Below, in pieces: positions 14,372 to 27,734 of a stretch of 64,000 nt of DNA. A program made the translations under genes and the position numbers. Position 1 is the first letter of the stretch; every line of letters begins with the position of its first letter. The DNA lies in assembly GCF_009914755.1 (NCBI RefSeq), contig NC_060933.1; one strand, written 5' to 3'. The stretch is from the human T2T-CHM13v2.0 reference genome, Homo sapiens. The notes beneath the pieces are model-generated. The model saw nothing but the letters and a program-made list of their open reading frames with translations. It did no database searches and was not told the origin of the DNA.

Positions 14372-15732
14372 CCTTGAAGAACACACAATAGGGACAGGAC
14401 AGCCTCTTCAATAAATGATGTTGGTAAAACTGGATGTCCACATGCCGAATAATGAAATCAGACTTATCTTATTCTTAACATATTAAAAAAAATCTCAAAA
14501 TGAATGAAAGACTTAAATGTAAGATCTGAAACTATGAAACTATTAGAAGAAAACATAGGGGAAAAGCTCCGTGACATTGGTCTGGGCAATGACTTTTTGG
14601 ATAAGACCTTAAAAGCACAGGCAACAAAAGCAAAAAATAGACAAATGGGATTATGTCAACCTAAAAAGCTTCTGCACAGCAAACAAACAATCAACAGAGG
14701 ACACAATTTGCAGAATGAGAGAAAATATTTGCAAACTATCCATCTGACCAAGGGTTGATGTCCAAAATATATAAGGAATTCAAACAACTATACAGTAGAA
14801 AAAAATAAGTTAAAAACATGCAAAATATCTGAATACAAATTTCTCAAAAGAAGACATACATATGGCCAACATGTATATTAAAAAAGTGCTCAAAGATCAC
14901 TAATCATCAGAGAAATGCAAATCAGAACCGCAATGAGCTATTATCTCATCCCAGTTACAATGACTATTATCAAAAGGACAAAGATAGCATGGAGAAAAGA
15001 GAACCCTTGTACACTCTTGGTGGGAATGTAAATTAGTACAGCTATTATGGAAAACAGTAGGGAAGTTTCCCCAATATTAAAAATAGAACTACCATATGAT
15101 CCAGCAATCCCACTACTATGTATACATTTAAAGGAAATGCAATCACTACGTCAAAAAGATATCTACATTCCCATGTTTACTGCAGCATTATTCACAATAG
15201 CCAAAATATGAAATCAATCTTAGTGTCAATCAACAGATGAGTGGATAAAGAAAATGTGGCCTATATACACAATGAAATACTATTTAACCACAAAAAGGAA
15301 TGAAATCCTGCTGTTTGTGACAATATTGATGAACGTAGAGGACATTACGTTAAGTAAAATAAGCCAAATCCAGAAAGATAAATACTGCATGATCTCCCTC
15401 ATGTGAAATCTAAAAATGTTGATCTCATAGAAGTAGAGAGCAGAATGGTGGTTATTAGAGGCTGAGGTTTTTGAAGGGAAGGAGGGATGGGGAGGTGTTT
15501 GTCAAGGGATATATGAATTCAATTAGACAGGAGGGATAAATTTTAAGATCTATTTCATAGCAAAGTGACTACAGATAATGACAATATATGGTATTCTTGA
15601 AAATATGCTCTCACCACAGAAATGATAACTATGTGAGGTAATATATTTGTTGATTGGTTTGATATAACCACTACTCAATGTATATATACTTCAAAACATA
15701 ATGCTTTACATGATAAAAACATACAATGTCAA
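14372..15732 (+). mobile_element. L1MA-type 3' fragment (end of ORF2 and 3' UTR)
   Basis: ORF remnant MKDLNVRSETMKLLEENIGEKL; L1MA-type 3' UTR. Confidence 0.9.
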
Positions 15733-17189
15733 TTTTTTTTTAAATGGGCTTTAGGCCAATTCAGTGATACAATAAGTAAAGAAGCCTGCAGTTGGTTGTC
15801 GTTAAATAAGAGAATGTGAATGATCTCATGTTTAGGAAGCCAGAACCATCCATGGTGTGCAGGGAAGCTGTGCAGGGGAGACCCCTGGAATACATTTTGG
15901 ACTCTGATACCATTGTAATGATGAGTAGCAAAGCAGTTGCTTAAGGAAGCAGAAAAGAAGGGATTCCTGCCAGCTGGTATTCAATTCTACCTGCCCATCC
16001 CTTCCAAGGTAACATCATAGAAGGCTTTGGGGTTTGATAGACTTTGGGGTACAGCCCTCATTTCCCCCACCTGCAACACACAAGGGGATTTTACCAGCCT
16101 AAGCTTTGCTTGTCTCCTCTGTTACATTAAGGATGGTAATGCATTAGCACTGATGGTTCAGCCAGCACTCTGCTGCATAAGAGGGGTTCAATACTTTTAA
16201 CCTTCCTTCCTCCTCATTTCCTGTGAATAGTTTTACATTGTTCAGGCTATTTATTTTTTGCTCAAACACCTCCTCAATTTCCATCTGTCTAAAAATGGGG
16301 GCAGGAAAGTGCCCAAAGTCTCATCAGTCCTGCCTGCTCTCACCCTGCCACTCCCTTCCCTAATTGACATCCATGGGTTCCAAAGGACCCAAATGGCTCC
16401 CCACCCTGCCCTCACTTCTTCCGCCTTCCATAGAAACGTGCCATTCTGCTCGGGCTTCTGCCCCCGCCTTGCAGAGCCCATCAGGCTTACTAGAAAGCTC
16501 CCCAAAGGGCAATAAAAATTTTTGTCAATCTCAGGCCCACCTGCGGCATCTCTTGAGTACACATCCCCCTGTCTGTCCTCCTCCTTTGATTCCGGGCTTT
16601 GTAAATCTTTTACCACATGTTGTCAAAAGCCTGGCAGATCCCCCAAATCCTTCCCTGATAACACTCATTCTCTTTAAACAACCTGGCAGTACTTCTAAGT
16701 GAGAAAAAGCCCTAAAATAAAATACACCGTGTTTAGTCTCTAAGGTCATTTCCTGGCTTTGTCCAGCCGTTTCTGTTTCCTCTAACTAATCACCAAGCGA
16801 CAGTCCTGGATTTATTGTGGAGGCTACTTGAAAGTTTGGGTGAACCTCTCAAGCCAGACTACACACACCCTCCATCACCCTTCCTCCCACTTCCCAGCAA
16901 TTTCTCACTCACTGTGATTTAGTGTAGGGGCTTGAGGTGCAACTGTGACCACAGCTACATCTTCGTCACCAAAGCTATTTGGAAGGCAAAGGGGCCAAAC
17001 CAGCATGGTCTACACAGCTGAGCACTGTGGTTATGATACAGCCCGTGAGTCCATGCCTGGCTGGGGGACAGCAGCCTTCCACGTCCCAGGCAGTAAGTGG
17101 CAGGAGAGCTGTGTGTCACCCTTGGCATGCTCATCATTAATTTCCAACTTTCAGTAGGTGCTCTCTAATAATGACACCTAATGTTTTAA

Positions 17190-17600
17190 AAGGATTTTCA
17201 TGGGCAAGGTGAATTGCTTTACTTCATTTACTATCACAACAACCATGTGAGGTAAGAACTCTTCATAAAGAATTTTTAGAAACACCACAGTTCCAACCTC
17301 AGTCCATCTGACTGCAGCATCCATGCTCTTATGGGTCTCTGTTGGGCTGTGATATTCTCACCCCACAGTACTGATCCAAAGGTTGGATACTGCCTGATCT
17401 CAATGGAAAACAACCATAGTCAAACACACCTATACTTGTGAAATGTCAGGCAGTTTTTGAGATACTACATAGATTATTGCATTTAACCCTCACAACAACC
17501 CAAGAAATGGTTATGTTTATGAGTTCCATTTTACAAAGGTGGAAATGGGATTCCATGTTAGAAGCAGCATTTGAACTCAGGCAATATGAGCTTTAACCCT
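17190..17600 (-). mobile_element. Two MIR fragments
   Basis: ATCACAACAACCATGTGAGGTAAG and CCTCACAACAACC...CCATTTTACA motifs. Confidence 0.6.
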
Positions 17601-17629
17601 GATACTAGCTAGAGTTCCTGGGATATGGG

Positions 17630-17686
17630 TGAGTGTGTGTGTGTCTGTGTGTGTGTATGTGTGTGTATGCATGTATGTGTGTGTGG
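17630..17686. repeat. (TG)n microsatellite
   Basis: Seen directly. Confidence 0.9.
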
Positions 17687-17689
17687 TGG

Positions 17690-18200
17690 AGGAACCAGGT
17701 GAAACAAGCAGTTATATTATGGTGTGACAAGCCCCATGTTAGTGTTGCACAAAGGGTGCTGTGGCAGCATAGAAAATGGGCCTGTACTAAACTTGAGGGT
17801 TTTTTGAAATGGCATCACAAAATAGGTGACATTGGAGGTGAACTTTGATGGAGTAGAAAAGTTTACCGCATTAGAAAGTTTAATAGGAGCTCTCTGGAGA
17901 GCACATTTTAGACCTAGGGAGCAGCATATGCAAAGGCATACAGCACCACAGGCAGGACTGAGCCCCTGCACTGGTTCCCCAGGACTGGAGGGAGGAGGCA
18001 GGGCATTGAGTGACTTGGCAATGGAGCAGAGGCCAGATGTGAAGATACTTTTAAATTGTTCTATCACATTTGAAATTATTTCTGAAAGTTATGGGGAACC
18101 TTGAAGGGTTTCAGGAGAGCAGTTCTGTGATCACCTGGGTGTTTTAGATAAATCGCTACCTAAAGGGTATACTGAAGGGGAAGTCATATCTGAGGTCTGG
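17690..18200 (-). mobile_element. L2 fragment
   Basis: ATGGGGAACCTTGAAGGGTTT...GTGTTTTAGATAAATC and CATATGCAAAGGCA motifs, typical of antisense L2. Confidence 0.55.
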
Positions 18201-18479
18201 AGAGAGCTGCTACGGTAACCGAGCTCCTCCTGTACAACCATGCAGAAAGGCAGTGTGAAAGTGCAATTGCACCACACAGAAAGGCTCCAAGTGCCATACT
18301 ATGAGGAGGAAGGGGACTGACTGGCTGCACCAATACGGTGAGCCAGTCATCTGGTCACTCATCACATTTCCTGTATGCCTATGATCTTCTGGGACTATAC
18401 TCACAACTTTCTGGACAAACCCCACCCTTTCTGGCTCCATGTCTTTCTCCACTACTGCAGCATCACTTACAGACTTTTC

Positions 18480-18597
18480 AGTATGTGCCAGGTGCTGTTG
18501 TAAGAGTTCTGTAAATACTACCTCATTTAATTTGCTTATATAAGGCAGTTATGAAGTGGGTATAACCATAATCACAGTTTTACAGATAAGAAAACTA
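18480..18597 (-). mobile_element. MIR fragment
   Basis: TATGTGCCAGG...TTTTACAGATAAGAAAACT. Confidence 0.7.
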
Positions 18598-18891
18598 TTA
18601 GTAACTATTTAGTGAAATGAGTCCTCTTAGGAAACTACCAGGAGAGTGGAGAGAGATGAGGAAGTTGCAAATGTAGTATCCCTTAATATGTCATTCTATG
18701 TAGCTAAGTGATGACTCCACCCGCTGCTCACCCCCACCCTACTCTCACCTCACATGGTCACTGGCACTTCCTATTGGAGGAAAGAAACCCTTTTGGTGAG
18801 GAAAAGATTTGCTAGACTGCTTCTTTATTCCTTGGCCCGTCCAAAGACATCATGTATGCTGTGATAATGCCACTCTGCTTTCAATATTTAG

Positions 18892-19261
18892 AATATAGAG
18901 AGAGATATGGATATAGATATATATGTATACACACACATATATATTCACATACACACATATATATGTATACACACACATATATATTCACATACACATACAT
19001 ATATGTGTAGGTGAAGAGAATTGCTTTACTTTGCACATACACACACACCCTGTGTGTGTGTGTTATTTCTCTACTTATAAAATGTGTGTGTGCGCATATA
19101 TATATATACACATATATAAAATATATTTCTCTTTTAAAGTGTGTGTGTGCCCATATATATGTACACACACTTTATATATATATATATATAATTTTTTTCT
19201 GTACTTATAAAGTGTGTGTGTGCGCATATGTGCACACACACACTTTAAAAGTAGAGAAAAA
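18892..19261. repeat. Compound (TA)/(CA)/(TG) minisatellite with repeated TTTCTCTACTTATAAA(G)TGTG units, ending in a 68-bp palindrome
   Basis: Seen directly; see findings. Confidence 0.9.
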
Positions 19262-19642
19262 TCTCATGGTGCATTGAAATGCTAAGAATTAAATTTTTAT
19301 AAATTAAAGAGTAAGCCACCAATGAATGGATTATAAATAAGTTTAAATTTAGTGGACCATAATTGTGAGAGAAGGATGTACTTTTTTAAAAAAATCAAAA
19401 GATCACTAGGAATAACACCAATGTCTATCACAGAGTTATGTGAGGGTTCACTGAGATGAGCTGTAAAAGGTGCCACTACAAAACTTGTTATAGAACACAG
19501 CCTCCATATACATCATTCCATTCCCAGGTCCCCAGGGATAGAACTCCAGGCTGCTGGTCAGCCCCAATCCTGACTCTAGGATTTTGGCACTTGTATCCAG
19601 ACAACCTAGGACTCAGCTACAAGTCACCTCTGTTGCTGTAGG

Positions 19643-19848
19643 GGCGGTGGTGGGCTGGTAAATGTTTAACAACAGCACGAGAGAAAGAAAGAAAAAGCCC
19701 AGATTTGTAGTGTGCACCAATTCTAATTGTGTAAATACTCCCATAATCACCGATATCAAGATATCAATATGATATCAGAGAACCTAGAGTTGAGAGGGAC
19801 ACAATTCAGATCTTATGAGTCAGTGTCTGCGTTTCAAGCTTGTGACTG
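19643..19848 (+). mobile_element. MER63-like hAT DNA transposon
   Basis: GCTGGTAAATGTTTAACAAC...AAAGCCCAGATTTGTAG...GTGTAAATACTCCCA matches the recalled MER63A consensus. Confidence 0.7.
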
Positions 19849-20094
19849 CCCCAAGGGACTCTGACTATGCGTCTAGTCTGATGGGCTCCTATGTATTTCC
19901 TAAGGCCTGATCTATACCTTGAACAGCCTTCTATCTTATCAGGTTCTTCAGTTTTTGTTACCCTGGACCATTTTAACCGATTAAAGCTTTGGGTGGGAAT
20001 TGAGGCCAGGAAATGCTCTTGTCTCTTTCAAATGGGAGATACTTCAATCTAAATTCCTTAATTCTCTCTGTTACAATGATTGCACGTCTTTTCA

Positions 20095-20415
20095 CTGTTT
20101 AATTAACAGAGGAGAGCTCTCTTGTATATTTGACCCACAGCAATTAAGCCACCAGCAAAGTTTGCAGGGAAAAGAAGGATGATGATTTAATTAGAGGTTA
20201 AATAATGAATTATTAATTATTGAATTGAATTAGTATTCATTAATTAGTTTGTAAAGTGCAATAATTACATCTTTTGTGTTTTAGTATGGGACTGTGTTTT
20301 ATAATTATCTGCTAAATCAATTATGTAGCCATTAGCATTTTGCCCAAGGGTCGGGTTACCATTGTTTTTTGTTCTCTGCAGACTGTAGATGACAGAGAAG
20401 TACGGTAACTATGTT
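20095..20415. promoter_or_regulatory. Candidate conserved non-coding element (homeodomain-site cluster)
   Basis: No repeat recognised. Six TAATTA hexamers in ~210 bp, a SOX-like CATTGTT and RFX-like half sites. Function is inferred only. Confidence 0.4.
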
Positions 20416-21034
20416 CCTTCACATAAATTGTATCCTGTTTACAGTAAAATGTTAGACAACTTAGGTCATTGAGTGCTCAGTTTTTCAGTTAATGTGGACA
20501 AGGAGATGAACAATTCTGCATTATTTAACGTAGAAAGCATTTTGCCCTTAGAGTTTCTTGCCATGAATGAGGTGGTGGCGGGAGCTGGTTCTAGTAAGGA
20601 ACAGGAAGGACCCAACCCAGGGAGGAGTGGGGTAAAGGTGAAGCAGGGTAGGGACAGGAGCAGGGATGGAAAAACACAGTGTATTGCAAGCTGACTTAAC
20701 TATTCCTCATTCCCAGCGGCTGACCGAAAACTAGAAAATGGCAAGACGTAACTCCGATTTCCCTTTTTACAGCTGGTATGCTTTGCCTTTTGGGGTCAAA
20801 AATACCTTGGTGAATCAGATATTCAACACTGCACAAAAGGTTGAATATAATTTTAGAGTTCATGCGTCCCCTGAAGTTCATTCACGAACTCACAGATTTA
20901 GATTTTCGGGGTTTAGAAATCTGCATCTTAAATAAGCAGTTAAAGGAGGTTTTATGTGTCTGAGAAACATGACTGTGTGGCTTTCTAGGTTAAAAATCCC
21001 TCATACCTGGTGTTTTCAAAAAGACCTTGAGCAG

Positions 21035-21290
21035 TGTAGTAATAGTGAAAGAATAACAGCATTAGATTCAGACAGACCTGGGTCCAAATTCAAGCTTCTC
21101 CACTTAATTGCTGAGCACGTCATTTAATTGTTCTAAGCCTCAATTCCTCCACCACAGATAAGTGGAGACTTGCAATGAAATACTTGATATGGTACCTAAT
21201 AGGGATGTAATACCTAATATGCAGGACTGCTAGGAGAAATAAATGAAAAAATGAATTGGAAAATACTGGTCTTAAGAAATGTTTGTGACT
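21035..21290 (+). mobile_element. MIR
   Basis: CAGACAGACCTGGGTCCAAATTC...AAGCCTCAATTCCTC. Confidence 0.75.
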
Positions 21291-21458
21291 CCTTTACTTT
21301 TTAGTAGACAGGTGGAGGGTAGAGAGTTGATAGAAATAATTTGTGACAATGGACAGGATTCTTATTACAGAGTGTGGAGAACTGAATAATTGCTAAAGAA
21401 ATGCATTATAATTTACTAAATCAAGGTTACGATGATATGCCCAGACAGCAGTATCTGA

Positions 21459-21816
21459 TAATACATTAGCATGGTAAAAGACACTCCCACCAGTGCCCTG
21501 ACGGTTTAAGATTCCACAGCAACTCACAGAAGTTACCCTATGTGGTCTAAAAAGGGGAGGAACCCTTACTTGTGAGAATTCCCTGCCCCTTTCCTAGAAA
21601 ACTCATGAATAATCCACCCCTTTTTTAGCATATGATCAGGAAATAACCTTTAAAAATAGCCTACCAGCAGCCCTTAGGGCTGCTCTGCCTAGGGAATAGC
21701 CACCCTTTTACTCCTTTAATAAACTTGTTTTCACTTTACTCTGTTGGCTCACTCTTGAATTCTTTCCTGCAAGAAGCCAAGAACTCATGTGGCCTTCTAG
21801 GCTGAACCTCAAAATT
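21459..21816 (+). mobile_element. MER41-family (ERV1) LTR fragment
   Basis: AAAAGACACTCCCACCAG, GGTCTAAAAAGGGGAGGAACCC, AAAACTCATGAATAATCCACCCC and AATAAACTTG. Both termini are missing. Confidence 0.85.
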
Positions 21817-22268
21817 ACCACATTAGCACTGTAGATATTTTTCCAAACTGGACTGTAACAGTGAGGACAAAGTTGACCAAAGAGAGAAAGTTAAAGATAT
21901 GGAGGAAATTTTGCCAAAGATCTAAAAAGGATTGAAAATGCCTCAAAAGCACTGTCAGCTCTCACTGGCTATCCTTCCTGCTTGATTATCTACACGACCC
22001 CTTCCTTACAAAATAGTTTCAACCTGGATAAAATATTCTTTTTATTATAGAAATATTCTTCAGGTTTTATAGCAGAAGTTGATGTAAAAGCATAAGATTT
22101 GCTCTATGCAAATTGTCTTTGTAGAAATAAAAGATGCCTAAACTGATTTGAAACACCTCTCTGTGGTACTGCATTACTTTTGCCTTCATTTCCTTCTTTC
22201 AGATGTTTTACAAATGGATTCAGCTGCTGGGGAAAATGTACTTATTTTAAACACTCTGGCCTTTTAAG

Positions 22269-22584
22269 TTTTTTTTTTTTTTTTTTTTTTTTTTGAGACG
22301 GAGTCTCTCTCTGTCGCCCAGGCTGGAATGCAGTGGCGCGATCTCTGCTCACTGCAAGCTCTGCACCCCCCACCCCGGGTTCACTCCATTCTGCTGCCTC
22401 AGCTTCCCGAGGAGCTGGGATTACAGTGGCCCGCCACTATGCCCGGCTAATTTTTTTTGTATTTTTAGTAGAGACGGGGTTTCACCGTGTTAGCCAGGAT
22501 GGTCTCGATCTCCTGAACTCGTGATCCGCCCGCCTTGACCTCCCAAAGTGCTGGGATTACAGGCGTGAGCCACCGCGCCCGGCC
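22269..22584 (-). mobile_element. AluY
   Basis: CpG-rich, TGCAAGCTC and GTGTTAGCCAGGATGGTCTCGATC diagnostics, long pure T tail, TSD GCCTTTTAAG. Confidence 0.95.
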
Positions 22585-22929
22585 TGCCTTTTAAGATTTA
22601 AGAACCAGTAGATACTGTTTAAAATGGAACTAGCACTGATTCCACAATTGTTGGTGAATGTTCAATAGGAAAAAAAGATTCCATTTTAAGGGAGCTTATA
22701 TTACAAAATTACATTGGTGAACGTGCATGTTTGAAATTCATACTCCATTTCCTCTATAGGAATGTCACAAATGGTAAATTGTGACACTTCCCAGGTTTTC
22801 CCAAGAAAAAATATAGTTAAAATGTGCTGTATAATTAAATGAAAAATATATATATACTAGAAAAAAGTACCATATTATTATACTTACAGAAATTGAGAAA
22901 AAAATAAGAGCAATGAATGTGGTAGAATT

Positions 22930-23162
22930 TTGAAGACTAGGGCTGAGTCCTAGTTCTAATTTTTACTGACATTAGGAAAACCATTTAAGGTCTCTGAACA
23001 TCCACAACAGTTAGGTATGAAAACTCTTGATTTTACACCCGGAATGAAGTAAGTTCTAAATAAGTTTGGTAAGTTAAGTGGGGTGATTAAATAAGACAAT
23101 ACTTGTAAAGCACTATAGTGTCCATTATATAGGAAATGCTCAATAAATATTAGCTATCATTA
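22930..23162 (+). mobile_element. MIR (interrupted, degenerate)
   Basis: GATTAAATAAGACAATACTTGTAAAGCAC...CTCAATAAATATTAGCTATCATT end. Confidence 0.65.
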
Positions 23163-23200
23163 CCAGGATTAATCATTTTGAACTGTTGGAAACTTAATTA

Positions 23201-23641
<441 letters not shown>

Positions 23642-24506
23642 CTAGGTTTTCTTCTCATCCAATTTCATGTCAAAACCACTGCCTTGCTGTTCCCTAGAAA
23701 GAAAGTTATCAATAGCAGAACAGTTATTCTTTGCCTGAAATGGCTAGGGGTATAATTTGGCTCGGATAGGAGTCCTAAGGAAGAATAAAAGGCAAGAGAA
23801 AGAGAGAATGAATGTGATTTATAAGATAATTGGAAAGGAGAGAGAAAAAGAGAAAGGATATGGGGAGAGAATGAAATGTCTAAGAATTGAGTGATTCTCT
23901 CTGAGCAGAAGTTTTGAAAAGAAACCGAAGTAGATTCAAAGAGCTCTCCATACTACCTCCCAAGCGGCAATAACATTTTAGTTTTATTTGTTAATTCAGA
24001 TTGTATTTTCATTATATATTGACAAATTTTAGTTGTATATATTTATGAGGCACAAAGTGATGCTATGATTTTTTAATATAATGTAGAATAATTAAATCAA
24101 CCTAATTAACCTATCCGTTACCTCAAATATTTGACACTTGTTGTAATGGGAACATTTGAGATTTATTCTCTTAGCAATATTGAAATGTACAGTACTCAAT
24201 TATTAGCTATAATTACCACATTGTGCAATAGAACTTAGAAAAAAAATCAAACTTATTCCTCCCGTCTAATTGAAGCTCTGTACCCTCTGATTATTATCTT
24301 CCCATTCCCCCCCACTACCCAGTCTTCGGTAACTACCATTCTGTTCTCTGCTTCTATGAGTTCAATTGTTTTAGATTCCACATGTAAGTGAGAACATGCA
24401 GTATCTGATTTTCTGCGTCTGTCTTATTTCACTTAGCAAAACATCCTCCAGTTTCATGCATGTTGTCACAAATGACAAAATTTCTTCCTTTTTAAAGGCT
24501 GAATAG

Positions 24507-25014
<508 letters not shown>

Positions 25015-25495
25015 TATATTTTAAATCATCTATAGATTACTTACACGCCCAACACAATGTAAAGACTATGTAAATATTGTTTGCACTTTATGGTTTAGGG
25101 AATAATGACAGGAGAGAAAAGTCTGTACATGTACAGACTCAACCATCCACTTTTTTTGCCTGAATGTTTTCGATTTGAAGTTGGTTGATTCCACAGATGC
25201 AGAACTCACAGATACTGAGGGCTGACTGTATATGACATTTGCTCTATTTATCTGTTGATGCACAATTAGGTTGATTCTATAACTCAGCTATTGTGAATAG
25301 TGCTGCAATATATATGGGTGTACAGATATCTCCTTCACATTAATCCATAGGGTAAATACTCAGAAGTGAGATTACTGAATTGACAGTAACATTCTGGTGG
25401 GGTCCTAGGGCAAGGGTAAGTGAGTCAAATGTAAAACATGGTCCCAAATAGACTATTTACAAGTCAGGCGCTTATGATTTGGGCAATGTCTAACA

Positions 25496-25735
25496 CAGTG
25501 GTTCTCAACTATGGGGCATTTTTGCCTCCCAAGAAATATTTGGTAATGTCTGGAGACACTTTGGATTGTCTTGAGTTTATGACTCGGAAGAAGGACAAGA
25601 CAAGGGATGGGTTGTGTAAATGGCCTCTAGTAGGTGGGGGCCAGGGATGCTGCAAAACATTCCACAAGGAAGAGCCCAGCTCTTCAACTAAGGGCCAGCC
25701 CCAAATGTCAAAAATGCTGAGGTTTGAAAATCCTG
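25496..25735 (+). mobile_element. MER20 (hAT-Charlie)
   Basis: CAGTGGTTCTCAAC...AATGTCTGGAGACA...GGCCAGGGATGCTGC...GCTGAGGTTTGAAAATCCTG. Confidence 0.85.
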
Positions 25736-25964
25736 ACCAAAAGCAATATCAAAAAATTATTTTAGGATGATTACAATATTATCACTTCAAAAGTTTTGAT
25801 CAAAAAACATCAGAATTGGGAGGGTTTGGAGAAAATGAGCTTATTCTCCATTATCTGAGAGTATAAATGTTGGATGTTTCAGGTTTTCAGCTCTTTGGGG
25901 TCATCTTAATTCCAAAGTATGGCAGACTGTTTTAAAATTGAATCTCCCAAAAATATTCCCATAT

Positions 25965-26150
25965 AATTAGAGGCATTGACTCCAGAGTTAAGTTTCTTGC
26001 ACTTGAATTCCACCTCTGCCATTTCCCAGCTGTGTAAGCTTGAACAAGTTAACCTCTAAGCTTCAATTTCTTTGTCTGTTAAGTGAAGATAATAAGACAG
26101 CCCTCACAAGAGATGAGAGATGAATGAGCTAACTAATAATAATAGCTATT
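25965..26150 (+). mobile_element. MIR
   Basis: CTCTGCCATTTCCCAGCTGTGTAAGCTTGAACAAGTTAACCTC core. Confidence 0.7.
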
Positions 26151-26944
26151 GCCCTTGTCATTGTTTCAACTGTTTCCTCTCAGGTGACTGGGGTCTTTGG
26201 CCCAATACCCCAGTAAGGACCTTGATTACCTCCTAGGCTGGAATTATATATCCAGTGTCAGAGGTGGAAGGCCTAAGCCTGGAAGCCTGACTCAACGCAG
26301 TGCTCTCTGCAGGTGACCCTACGAATAAAAACTCAACACACTGCAGAAATGCTGAGTGTGAGGCACTTTTATTTGCAGTGCTTTCTCTTCTCCCATCCTC
26401 TCCCTTTCTACGATATTTTTTTTCAGCAGAGTCAGTAAAAGAAACAAACAAAAAAAAAAAAAAAGGCTTTTCTTGCAAGATAAAATCAGGAATTAAACTA
26501 AAAGTCACAGTCTCCTCATTTGCATTTTAAAAGTACTAGTTTCACAAATAATAAGCAAAAACAGATTGTTACAGATTGTTAGATTACAGGCCTGATATTA
26601 CAGTGGCACAGATAATAGAAGGAGTAAAACCACATGGAGGCACAGAATAATTTCTGCTGCTAAGGAGGCAGGAAAGATAAGTCGAGAAAAGTCTTAGAAA
26701 GAGAAAATCAAACTGAATTTATTTTTTAAGTTTCGTAAAATTTTTTTAAAAGCAGGCTTAAAATGTGTTTTTTAAGTAAGAAAATGGATGCGTCTTAAAT
26801 AGAAATGGAAATTCAACATAATATAAAATGTCACAGAAGTAATGGACTAAGAGAGAACAGATGTTAAAACTTAAATTAAAAAGGTGTGGGTGAAGGAGAA
26901 AAAGAAAGCAAGAGGAAAATATAGACAGAAGGGGGAAAGGAGGC

Positions 26945-27055
26945 GGCATGGTGTGGTGGAAAGACGCTGAGCCAGACGGGCTGGCCCTGAGTTTTAGCCC
27001 TGGTGTGTCTCTTCTGTGACCTTGACAAAATCTCAAACTTCTTTGTGCCTCAAAT
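26945..27055 (+). mobile_element. MIR 5' fragment
   Basis: GGCATGGTGTGGTGGAAAGA...CTGTGACCTTGACAAA. Confidence 0.55.
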
Positions 27056-27734
27056 GACCCAAAGGGACTACCTGTGTTCTGCTATGTCTAGAGCCACCCT
27101 GGGCCTGTCCTGGTGTACTGCAGGGGAGTGGGGCAGATGAAGACGACCTGGAAGCTGGAATTGGGGATGCCAACTGGGATGCGGCAGCTGGCAGCAAGGC
27201 TGAGGGAAAGGTTGGGAGGGAAACCCAGTCCAGGGCAGGAGGAAATTTCTGGAAGGTGCAAGAACAATGGTGGACATTAGGGAGCAGAAGCTGTGATAAC
27301 AATGTTATTCCCATGGGTGACCCAACTATATTGGGAAGAATTTAGGAGCAGGTGAGACAAGCAGGAGGGCAGGAGGTTGGCATTGTGGAAATAGGCAGCA
27401 AGTCCCCAGTTCCTGGGCTTAGGTTTCGGGACATGTTTCCACTCCCCAGGGGTGGCTCACTGTCAGGGCAACTTGGAGCCCACTGCTGGAAACTTGGAGG
27501 TACTGGGCACAGGGGAAGAAAATGGGGATTCAGTTGTAAGAATTGGAGAATGAGGTAGGAACCAAGTCACAGAAACAAGGATAAAAAGTCTCTCCCATAT
27601 CAGGAAAGAGGCAGAGCTGGAACTGTAGGGAAGAGATAGCAAGGACCAAGGATACCAGATATGAGGATGCTGAGAAAGTTCTCTGTAGCTTTAATATTCC
27701 TTCATTTATTCATCCATTCACTCAGCTTAGGCAG

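Noticed and set aside
16251-16749. Cluster of overlapping 70-120-aa ORFs
   Set aside because: No recognisable domain or convincing splice architecture; expected in locally GC-richer sequence.
18881-19277. Y/I/H/T/C/V-rich ORFs (also at 24.4-24.9 kb and 61.5-61.9 kb)
   Set aside because: Dinucleotide-repeat translation artefacts.
27080-27700. Purine/GC-rich stretch, possibly an ancient LTR
   Set aside because: Could not be matched confidently to any family or boundary.
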